NCBI GenBank assembly: GCA_029977705.1
Contig: JAPOKJ010000011.1
Span: 3,014-67,013 of the forward strand
Length of the DNA stretch: 64,000 bases
Direction of reading: 5' to 3'
Source of the DNA: Burkholderiales bacterium
Lineage (GTDB): Bacteria > Pseudomonadota > Gammaproteobacteria > Burkholderiales > Burkholderiaceae_E
The translations under genes were made by a program, and so were the position numbers. Shown here one piece after another: positions 9,517 to 17,500 of this stretch. The number at the start of each line of letters is the position of its first letter. The first letter of the stretch is position 1. The notes beneath the pieces were generated by a model that worked only from the letters and a program-made list of their open reading frames with translations, made no database searches and had not been told where the DNA came from.

Positions 9517-10209
9517 TCAGGAGGTCGCCAGCGCAAGACGGTAGCCACCGCCGCGCACGGTCTCAATCATATGCTCATATTCATGGGGTTTCAACGCTTG
9601 CCGCAGGCGCCGGATGTGCACATCGACGGTGCGCTCGTCGATCGAGGCGTCGTTCTGCCAGACCTTGTCCAGGATGGTGGTGCGGGTCAGCACCCGCTCG
9701 GGGTGGCGCAGGAAAGTCTGCAGCAGGCGATATTCGGTGGGGCTCAGGTCCACGGTACGGCCCAGGATGGTGACGCGCTGCGCGTCGGCATCCAGATGCA
9801 GGTCGCGGTACACCAGCAGCTTGGCCTCGGCCTCATGGCCCGAGCGCCGGATCAGGGACTTGATGCGGGCGACCAATTCGCGGGGCGAGAAGGGTTTGAC
9901 CAGAAAGTCGTCGACGCCGGCCTCGAAGCCCTCGAGCTTGTCGCCCTCGCGGCCGCGCGCGGTGAGCATCAGCAGCGGCAGGCTCTTCAGGCGCGGGGTG
10001 GCCCGCACTTCACGGGCCAGTTCGATGCCGGAGGCGCCAGGCAGCATCCAGTCGATCACGGCCACGTCCAGTTGCTGGGTCTTGAGTACCTGTCGCGCCT
10101 CTTCCACCGAGATGCAGGCCACGGCGTTCATCCCCGAGTGGCGAAGGTGCAGACAGACGAGTTCCTGGATGTCGAGTTCGTCCTCGACGACGAGTACGGT
10201 ATGTGCCAT
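9517..10209 (-). CDS. phoB: Phosphate regulon response regulator PhoB
   Basis: MAHTVLVVEDELDIQELV is the receiver-domain N-terminus, followed by an OmpR-type winged helix (RTVDVHIRRLR...VRGGGYRL). The start is set at ATG 10209 by comparison with the PhoB N-terminus. Confidence 0.95.
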   Translation of the reverse strand: MAHTVLVVEDELDIQELVCLHLRHSGMNAVACISVEEARQVLKTQQLDVAVIDWMLPGASGIELAREVRATPRLKSLPLLMLTARGREGDKLEGFEAGVDDFLVKPFSPRELVARIKSLIRRSGHEAEAKLLVYRDLHLDADAQRVTILGRTVDLSPTEYRLLQTFLRHPERVLTRTTILDKVWQNDASIDERTVDVHIRRLRQALKPHEYEHMIETVRGGGYRLALATS

Positions 10210-10218
10210 GGCCGACAC

Positions 10219-10250
10219 ATTATGACGGCAACAAGTCAGATTGATGACAG
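10219..10250 (-). promoter_or_regulatory. Pho box and -10 hexamer of the phoBR promoter
   Basis: On the minus strand the sequence reads CTGTCAT-caat-CTGACTT-gttg-CCGTCAT, i.e. 7-bp repeats at 11-bp phase. CATAAT overlaps the third repeat, and the phoB ATG follows 9 nt later. Confidence 0.6.
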
Positions 10251-10360
10251 GGCGCCGGCCACGCAAGGCCCTGAATCCGGCCGCTCGTCCCCGCCGCCTG
10301 TGGGCCGGTACCGCCTTGTCCGATAATCGGGCGTCCCGCATTACTTTGACCCCCGAGCCC

Positions 10361-11383
10361 ATGACCCCTTCCATTCTCGTGACCGGCGGTGCCGGCTACA
10401 TCGGATCGCATACCGTGCTCGAACTGCTGCTGGCCGGTTACCCGGTGACGGTGCTGGACAACCTGTCCAATGCCAGCGAAGTGGCCTTGCAAAGGGTGGA
10501 GCGCATCACCGGCAAGACGCTGCGCTTTGTGCGCGGCGATGTGCGTGACGCAGGCCTGCTCAGGCAGTTGATGGCCGGACAGGCCTTCTCGGCGGTGATT
10601 CACTTTGCCGGCCTCAAGGCGGTGGGCGAGTCGGTGGCCAAGCCGCTCGACTACTACGACAACAATGTCACCGGCACGCTGGCCCTGCTGATGGCCATGC
10701 GCGAGGCGGGGATCAAGCGCTTCATATTCAGTTCCTCGGCGACTGTCTACGGCGACCCGGAGACCGTACCGCTGCGCGAGGGGGCCCGTACCGGTGCCAC
10801 CAACCCCTACGGCCGAAGCAAGTGGATGGTCGAGATGATCCTCAATGATCTGGCCGCCTCCGATCCGGCATGGGCAATGGGCATCCTGCGTTACTTCAAT
10901 CCGGTGGGGGCTCATGAGAGCGGCCTGATCGGGGAGGATCCGGCCGACGTCCCGAACAACCTGATGCCCTTTGTTGCCCAGGTGGCGGTCGGGCGGCGAC
11001 CCGAACTGACGGTGTTCGGCGATGACTATCCGACCCGCGATGGCACCGGCGTGCGCGATTACATCCATGTGGTGGATCTGGCACGCGGCCATGTGGCGGC
11101 ACTGGAGCGGGTCACCCGCCAGGCTGGCGCCTTCACGGTGAACCTGGGAACGGGACGGGGCTATTCGGTGCTGGAGATGGTGCGCGCCTTCGAGAAGGCC
11201 AGTGGGCGTCCGGTGCCTTACCGGGTGTCGCAGCGCCGACCGGGCGACATCGCCCAGTGCTATGCAGACCCCGCGCTGGCCGGGCAGTTGCTGGGCTGGC
11301 GCGCCAGCAAGGATATCGATGACATGTGCGCCGATGCCTGGCGCTGGCAAAGTGGCAACCCTACAGGGTATCGCAAGGGCTAG
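10361..11383 (+). CDS. galE: UDP-glucose 4-epimerase
   Basis: Starts MTPSILVTGGAGYIGSH (Rossmann motif). Carries the GalE-like YGRSK catalytic motif. 340 aa. Confidence 0.9.
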   Translation: MTPSILVTGGAGYIGSHTVLELLLAGYPVTVLDNLSNASEVALQRVERITGKTLRFVRGDVRDAGLLRQLMAGQAFSAVIHFAGLKAVGESVAKPLDYYDNNVTGTLALLMAMREAGIKRFIFSSSATVYGDPETVPLREGARTGATNPYGRSKWMVEMILNDLAASDPAWAMGILRYFNPVGAHESGLIGEDPADVPNNLMPFVAQVAVGRRPELTVFGDDYPTRDGTGVRDYIHVVDLARGHVAALERVTRQAGAFTVNLGTGRGYSVLEMVRAFEKASGRPVPYRVSQRRPGDIAQCYADPALAGQLLGWRASKDIDDMCADAWRWQSGNPTGYRKG

Positions 11384-11640
11384 GGCTATCGGCCCGGGTT
11401 CGCAACGCCGCAACCGCCCTTATTGCACTTCGCCCCGAGGAGGTTCGATCATCCTCGTCTGAGTCGAATCCTTAAACAAGTTATTTGCGGCACTCCACAC
11501 CAAGAAGCCGTCGGCACTGTGTTTCTGGCAGCCCCGGTGGTCGCGTTGGCCGATTCGGTATGGCCGGCCCTGCCATCAACAAAGCCTTGTTACGCTTTGC
11601 GGCACACCACAACCAGGCACCTGAGCCTTGCGGAGTCACC

Positions 11641-12759
11641 ATGCTGTCGCGTTTCGATGAATTCCTGATCCACCAGACCCCCGAGCCGATCGCGCATCCG
11701 GTCTCGATGGACCGTCATCACTATGACCGCTACTGGCTGGGCGGATTTCCGGCCGATGCCTCGTTCTACTTCGCGGCCAGTCTTGGCCTGTATCCGAACC
11801 GCAGTGTGATGGATGCGGCCTTCAGCGTCGTGATCGATGGCGAGCAGCATGCCTTTTACGCATCGCGCCGCGCGCCCCGCGAGCGTGACGAAACCCGCGT
11901 CGGTCCGCTCAGCCTGGAGGTGCTCGAGCCGATGCGCAGCCTCCGGCTGCGCCTGGAGGACAACGACAGCGGACTGCGCTGCGATCTGGTCTACCGGCTG
12001 CGCAGCGTGTGCGTGGAGGAAGATCGCCAGGTGCTGCGCCAGGGCCCGGCGGTGATGATGGATGTGACGCGCTTTACCCAGTTCGGCTGCTGGGAGGGCG
12101 AGATCCGCATCGGTGATCGCACCCTGCGGCTGCAGGCAGCGCGTTCGCATGGCATTCGCGACCGTTCCTGGGGCCGTCGTCCGGTGGGCGAGCCCGATCC
12201 TGGCGTGCCGGGCGGCGCACGCCAGGTGTTCTTCCTGTGGGCCCCGCTGTTCTGGGACGACCATGCCAGCCTGGCGGTCTTTTTCGAGGATGGCCAGGGC
12301 CTGCGCCTGCATGCCGAGGCCAAGACGGTGCCGCTTTGCGCGCCGGGCGAGGTCGCCGATGCGGTCGATGGTTCGGCGGTGACCGCCTGGGCCGGTGTCA
12401 GTCGCACGCTCGACTATGCCGGTGGGACACGCCGGGCGCGTTCGGCGGACCTGCGCCTGATGGCCATGGATGGAAGCCTGCGCGATATCCGGATCGAGCC
12501 CTTGTTGCGCTTCCAGATGAAGGGGACCGGATACGGCCACCCGCAGTGGCGACATGGTCTGTGGAAGGGTGATCTGGCCACCGGCCACGAGCACTGGCGC
12601 CTGGATGCACTCAATCCCCTGGCCCCCGAGAATCTGCACATCCAGCAACTGGTGCGCTGCCACAGCCAGGGCCGCAGCGGCTTGGGGGTACTCGAGCAGT
12701 TGTGCGTCGGTCCGCATGTGCCTTCCGGTTTTGCCGGGTTGCTCGATGGTGCGCCATGA
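11641..12759 (+). CDS. Conserved-looking protein of unknown function (372 aa)
   Basis: High-GC3 ORF with GGAG 7 nt before ATG 11641. Its stop overlaps the next gene's ATG (ATGA at 12756-12759). I recognise no motif. Confidence 0.7.
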   Translation: MLSRFDEFLIHQTPEPIAHPVSMDRHHYDRYWLGGFPADASFYFAASLGLYPNRSVMDAAFSVVIDGEQHAFYASRRAPRERDETRVGPLSLEVLEPMRSLRLRLEDNDSGLRCDLVYRLRSVCVEEDRQVLRQGPAVMMDVTRFTQFGCWEGEIRIGDRTLRLQAARSHGIRDRSWGRRPVGEPDPGVPGGARQVFFLWAPLFWDDHASLAVFFEDGQGLRLHAEAKTVPLCAPGEVADAVDGSAVTAWAGVSRTLDYAGGTRRARSADLRLMAMDGSLRDIRIEPLLRFQMKGTGYGHPQWRHGLWKGDLATGHEHWRLDALNPLAPENLHIQQLVRCHSQGRSGLGVLEQLCVGPHVPSGFAGLLDGAP

Positions 12760-13841
12760 GCATGGCGTCGCCGCCCGGCGATCGGGCCGCGCCCGGGCCT
12801 GCGTCTTCGAAGCCGGCGGTGCCCGAGACGGTGGAGGCCCTGGCGAGCGCCCTGACCGCCTACTGCCGCCAGCGTCTGCCCCAGGCGCGAGCGCTGCATG
12901 TCAGCGGCTTGCAGAGGATTTTCGGCGGCGCCTCGCGGCAGACCTGGCGCTTCGTGTTGCACCAGGATGGCATGGTGCAGCCCCTGATCCTGCGTCGTGA
13001 TCCCGAGGCCAGCCTGATCGAGACCGAGCGGCGTATCGAGTTTTCCGCCTACCAGCGCTTTGCCGACACGGCAGTGCCAGTGCCGCGCGTCTGGTGGCTC
13101 GAGGAAGACCCCGGGCCGCTCGGCCATCCATTCTTCGTGATGGAGGAGATCACCGGCTGCGAGGCGGGGCCCTTGAAACTGATGGCCGAGCCCTACCGCT
13201 CGCATCACGAAGCGCTGGCGGCGCAGAAGTGGACCATCCTGGGGCAATTGTCAGCCACTCCGCCGCGCGAGCTGGCCCAGGTGCTGCCAGCCGTTGCGCC
13301 GGAGCAGGTCTGGCGCCGTGAGCTCGATCACTGGCAGGCAGTGATCGAGCGTGATGCGGTGCAGGCCCAGCCCGTCCTGTGGGCGGCCTTGCGCTGGCTG
13401 CGCGCCCATCCGCCGCCGCCGCCGCGGCAACTGGCGGTGGTGCATGGCGATTACCGCACCGGCAATCTGCTGGTGGATCGGCAGGGGCGGATCCGCGCCG
13501 TCCTGGACTGGGAGATGATGCATCTGGGTGACCCGCTCGAGGATCTGGCCTGGGGCATGAATCGCGCCTGGTGCTTTCAGCGCGATGAACGGGTCGGTGG
13601 CCTGGCGCGCCGCGAACAGGCGATCGCCTGGTGGGAGGCGGCCAGCGGCTTGCGCGCCGAGGCGCAGGCCCTGCATTGGTGGGAACTGTTCAATGCGGTC
13701 AAGGCGCAGGCGATCTGGCTGTCGGCCGCCCGCACTTTCGAGGATGGTGGCAATCGCGACCTGATGATGGTGCTGGCCGCCTGGAGCCTGATCAACACCG
13801 AGGACCGGGCCTTGCTGGACCTGATGGGGAGACTGCGATGA
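12756..13841 (+). CDS. APH-fold phosphotransferase family kinase
   Basis: Catalytic loop VVHGDYRTGNLLV (HxDxxxxN) and DWE metal-binding motif. Overall similar to the kinase family found with or fused to acyl-CoA dehydrogenases. Confidence 0.8.
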   Translation: MSMASPPGDRAAPGPASSKPAVPETVEALASALTAYCRQRLPQARALHVSGLQRIFGGASRQTWRFVLHQDGMVQPLILRRDPEASLIETERRIEFSAYQRFADTAVPVPRVWWLEEDPGPLGHPFFVMEEITGCEAGPLKLMAEPYRSHHEALAAQKWTILGQLSATPPRELAQVLPAVAPEQVWRRELDHWQAVIERDAVQAQPVLWAALRWLRAHPPPPPRQLAVVHGDYRTGNLLVDRQGRIRAVLDWEMMHLGDPLEDLAWGMNRAWCFQRDERVGGLARREQAIAWWEAASGLRAEAQALHWWELFNAVKAQAIWLSAARTFEDGGNRDLMMVLAAWSLINTEDRALLDLMGRLR

Positions 13842-14281
13842 AACCTGCAGTGCCGCTGGCGCTGGAGCGCTTGTCTGAATTGTTGTCCGGGGAACTGGCA
13901 CCCGTGCTGGAGACCTCTTTTGCCGGCCAGCAGGTGCTGCGCATGGCGGGCTTGCTGCCCGCTGCCGCGATCGAATTCGACCGGGCCGCCGCGCGCCTGG
14001 TCGAAGAGAACCGGGCCCTGCGGCATTTGTTTGCGCAGGCCCTGGACCAAGTCGATGATGCGGTGCTGGCAGCCGATCTGGCCGGTGTTCCGGGCGACGA
14101 TCCTGACCTTCGGGTCAGTGCCCTGGGCGCTGCCAATGACCGGCTTCGGCGCTTGCTGATCCGGTTGCAGGCCTGGTGCGAATCGCGGCAGGACGAGGCC
14201 TCGCTGGCCCTGGCCGAACGCATCTGGCAGGAGTTGCGGCGCCAGACCGAGCGGCGTGCCTTGCCGATAGACCGGCTGTAA
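13838..14281 (+). CDS. Small helical protein of unknown function (147 aa), coupled to the kinase
   Basis: ATG 13838 overlaps the kinase stop (ATGA). Codon usage is consistent with coding sequence. No motif recognised. Confidence 0.6.
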   Translation: MKPAVPLALERLSELLSGELAPVLETSFAGQQVLRMAGLLPAAAIEFDRAAARLVEENRALRHLFAQALDQVDDAVLAADLAGVPGDDPDLRVSALGAANDRLRRLLIRLQAWCESRQDEASLALAERIWQELRRQTERRALPIDRL

Positions 14282-14411
14282 GCGGGCCTGTCAACGCATC
14301 GCGCTGCAACATCCGTTACAGTGTCATCGTGCGCTGCCGATGGTCCGCAGAGACCAGGCCGTGCCGGGCCCGTGCCTCATGGCCGCAGGCCTTATTTTTC
14401 AGGAGACAAGC

Positions 14412-15377
14412 TTGTCACAGTCGATTGCCACGCGTCGGCGTGTCGTCCGGGGTGCGCTCGCGGCGCTTGCCGGCACGGCCTTGCCCCTGCGCGCCCAGGA
14501 AAGCAAGGGACCCTTGCGTATCATCGTGCCGCTGCCGGCGGGCGGTGTGGCCGATGCCTCGGTGCGTTTCTTTGCCGAGCAGTGGACAGCCCTGACCCGC
14601 CAGAATGTGGTGGTCGACAACCGGCCTGGCGGCAGTTACCAGATCGGCATGCAGGCCTTGCTCAGTGCGCCGGCCGACGGCAATACCTGGATCCACCTGA
14701 ACAACAGCATGAGCGCCACGCAGGCCACCTTCGGGCGCTATGACCTGACGCGCCAGATCACGCCGATCGGCCTGATGGGCTCGACGCCAGCCGCGATCTT
14801 CGTCAATGCAAACTCGCCGATCCAGACGGCCAAAGACCTGCTCGACTGGTTGCGTGCCAATCCGGGCAAGGGCAACTATGGAGCCATCTTGGGAGGCGTC
14901 GAGCACATGATGCTGGCCGGCATGCTCAAGCGCCACGGCCTGTCGGCCCTGCATGTGCCCTTCAAGGGTGGCCCCGACACGATGACCGGTCTGGCGCAGG
15001 GTGAGATCCAGTTCGTGCTCAGTGCCTTGCCGCTGATCGTGCCCTTCAAGGGCCGGGTGCGCCCGATCGTGATGATGACCGAGCAGCGCGCTGCGCTGAC
15101 GCCCGATGTGCCGACCTTCAAGGAGGCGGGCCTCGATGTCCCGGGCCTCAACTATTACGGCGCCTTTGCGGTGCCGGCGGCCACGCCGCGCGCCATCATC
15201 GATGCCCATTACAAACAGTGTGCCGAGGCCCTCAAGGTGCCCGCCCTGATCGCCAAGTTCCAGGCCCAGGGCATGTTTGCCCATGCAGCGCCGACAGAGG
15301 TGATGGCCCGGATCATTGCCGACGAACTCAAGTGGATGACACCAATCGCCGCTGAATTGAACCTGAAGGCGGGCTGA
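14412..15377 (+). CDS. Bug-family (TctC-like) tripartite tricarboxylate transporter substrate-binding protein, paralog 1
   Basis: AGGAGA lies 7 nt before TTG 14412. Tat-like signal SIATRRRVVRGALAALAG. Mature domain LRIIVPLPAGGVADA...FKGGPD... is typical of the Bug family. The start could lie as far upstream as 14340. Confidence 0.85.
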   Translation: MSQSIATRRRVVRGALAALAGTALPLRAQESKGPLRIIVPLPAGGVADASVRFFAEQWTALTRQNVVVDNRPGGSYQIGMQALLSAPADGNTWIHLNNSMSATQATFGRYDLTRQITPIGLMGSTPAAIFVNANSPIQTAKDLLDWLRANPGKGNYGAILGGVEHMMLAGMLKRHGLSALHVPFKGGPDTMTGLAQGEIQFVLSALPLIVPFKGRVRPIVMMTEQRAALTPDVPTFKEAGLDVPGLNYYGAFAVPAATPRAIIDAHYKQCAEALKVPALIAKFQAQGMFAHAAPTEVMARIIADELKWMTPIAAELNLKAG

Positions 15378-15433
15378 CCCTGCCCGTGACCCACAGGCGG
15401 CCCGAGGCCGCAATGCTTTCAACAGGAGACCCC

Positions 15434-16393
15434 ATGACCATGTTCCCCGACCGCCGTGATTTTCTGAAAGGCGCTGCGGCGCTGGCCGCCTCGTCCAGCC
15501 TGCCGGTGCAGGCCCAGGACAAGCCCAGCCTGCGCATCATCGTGCCCTTGCCGGCAGGCGGTGTGGCCGATGCCTCGGTCCGTTTTTTCGCAGATGCCTG
15601 GACCACGCTGACCAAGCAGAATGTCATCGTCGACAACCGGCCCGGTGGCAGCTTCCTGATCGGCATGCAGACCCTGCTGCAGGCACCGCCCGATGGCAAC
15701 ACCTGGATTCACCTGAACAACGGCATGAGTGCGGCCCAGGCCACCTTCGGGCGCTATGACATGACCAAGCAGATCACCCCGATCGGGCTGGCCGGTTCGA
15801 CCCACTCGTGCATCTTCGTGAACCAGAATTCGCCGATCCAGAATGCCAAGGACCTGATCGACTGGATGAAGGCCAACCCGGGCAAGGCCAACTATGGCAC
15901 GGTGCTCGGCGGCATCGAGCACCTGCTCACCGCCAGTATCCTCAAGCGTTATGGCCTGAACGCCACGATGGTGGCCTTCAAGGGCGGGCCGGATGCCTGC
16001 ACCGCATTGGCCCAGAACGAGATCCAGTTCTGCCTGAGCGCCTTGCCGCTGATCGTGCCCTTCAAGGGCCGCATCCGCCCGATCGTGATCAACTCGGACA
16101 CCCGCTCCCCGCTTTTCCCCGACCTGCCGACCTTCAAGGAAGCCGGTTTCGAGGGCCCGGTGCTCAACTACTACGGCGCCTTTGCAGTGCACGCCTCGAC
16201 GCCCAAGCCGGTCATCGAAGGCCACTACAAGCTGATGGTCGAGGCCTTGAAGAATCCTTCGCTGATGCAAAAGTTTGCACAGCAGGGGATGATGGCCCAT
16301 GCTGCACCCAGCGATGTGATGAGCCGGATCATCGCCGAAGAACTCAAGTGGATGGCGCCGATCTCGGCCGAACTGAACCTGAAGGGAGGCTGA
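15434..16393 (+). CDS. Bug-family (TctC-like) substrate-binding protein, paralog 2
   Basis: AGGAGA precedes ATG 15434. Tat-like signal DRRDFLKGAAALAASS. Collinear with paralog 1 over its whole length. Confidence 0.9.
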   Translation: MTMFPDRRDFLKGAAALAASSSLPVQAQDKPSLRIIVPLPAGGVADASVRFFADAWTTLTKQNVIVDNRPGGSFLIGMQTLLQAPPDGNTWIHLNNGMSAAQATFGRYDMTKQITPIGLAGSTHSCIFVNQNSPIQNAKDLIDWMKANPGKANYGTVLGGIEHLLTASILKRYGLNATMVAFKGGPDACTALAQNEIQFCLSALPLIVPFKGRIRPIVINSDTRSPLFPDLPTFKEAGFEGPVLNYYGAFAVHASTPKPVIEGHYKLMVEALKNPSLMQKFAQQGMMAHAAPSDVMSRIIAEELKWMAPISAELNLKGG

Positions 16394-16517
16394 CCCGCTG
16401 CAGCGTCCAAGAACGCCTGCGCCCATCGTCGTCGCGTACTTTTTCCACACGCATCCCCTTTTCCATGTGCTCGCAGCGGCAATGGCCGGCGAGCGAAGGT
16501 CATCACGGAGAACTGTC

Positions 16518-17476
16518 ATGTCGAAATTTTTTGCACGTCGCACTTTCATCAAGACCGGTGCCGCCCTGGGCGCTGCCGCCAGCCTGCCGGTCATCGCCCA
16601 GGATCCAAACCCCTGCGTATCATCGTGCCGCTGCCCGCCGGTGGCGTGGCCGATGCCTCGGTGCGTTTTTTTGCCGAGGCCTGGACCAATGTCACCAAGC
16701 AGCAGGTGGTGGTCGACAACCGCCCCGGCGGCAACTATCTGATCGGCGTCCAGACCCTGCTCAGCGCGCCGGCCGATGGCAATACCTGGATCCACCTGAA
16801 CAACGGCATGAGCGCCACGCAGGCCACCTTCGGCCGCTTCGACATGCTCAAGCAGATGACCATGATCGGCCTGATGGGTTCGACCCCGGGCGCCCTGTTC
16901 GTTGGCCAGAACTCGCCTTTCCAGAGTGCCAAGGACCTGATCGACTGGATGAAGGCCAATCCGGGCAAGGCCAACTATGGTGCCCTGACCGGTGGCGTCG
17001 ATCACCTGCTGGTGGCCGGCATGCTCAAGCGCTACGGCCTGAGCGCCCAGATGGTGCCCTTCAAGGGCGGTCCGGATGCCAGTACCGCGCTGGCCCAGGG
17101 CGAGATCCAGTTCATGGTGTCGGCCCTGCCACTGATCGTGCCCTTCAAGGGCCGCATCCGCGTCATTGCCACCTTGCTGGACCAGCGCACGCCGCTGACG
17201 CCGGATGTGCCGACCTACAAGGAAGCCAACCTCGACGTGCCGCCGCTCAACCTGTGGGGCGCCTTCGCCACGCCCGCCGGTACACCGAAAGCCGTCATCG
17301 ATGCCCACTACAAGAACTGCATCGAATGCCTCAAGCAGCCGACGCTGATACAGAAATTCGCTCAGCAAGGCATGTTCGCGCAGGCCCAGCCGGCCGAATT
17401 CATGGCCAAGGCCATCTCCGAGGAGTTGCGCTGGATGACGCCGATCGCGTCGGAATTGAATCTCAAGGCGGGCTGA
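16518..17476 (+). pseudogene. Bug-family substrate-binding protein, paralog 3, interrupted by a 1-nt frameshift (pseudogene or sequence error)
   Basis: The signal peptide MSKFFARRTFIKTGAALGAAASLPVIAQD is in the ATG 16518 frame, which stops at 16740-16742. The mature domain (KPLRIIVPLPAGGVADAS... to 17476) is in the -1 frame. Comparison with the paralogs points to one missing base in CCAAACCCC near 16605-16612. Confidence 0.7.
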
Positions 17477-17500
17477 TCGCCGCCACCCTGGAGCCTGCGC

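Noticed and set aside
11428-11465. A tRNA-like T-arm sequence (GAGGA-GGTTCGATCA-TCCTC), which might indicate a tRNA gene or a tRNA-derived att site.
   Set aside because: The loop is 10 nt rather than the canonical 7. No acceptor, D or anticodon arms can be folded from the flanking sequence. No integrase or island lies next to it.
14340-14400. A rho-independent terminator after the kinase module (GGCC-GCA-GGCC followed by TTATTTTT).
   Set aside because: The stem is only 4 bp and I could not extend it. The T-run is notable for this genome, but the evidence is too weak to call a terminator.
16600-16615. Programmed -1 ribosomal frameshifting as an explanation for the Bug paralog 3 frame change.
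   Set aside because: There is no X XXY YYZ slippery heptamer and no obvious downstream stimulatory structure. Both paralogs have an uninterrupted frame at the same position. A 1-nt deletion or a sequencing error is the simpler explanation.
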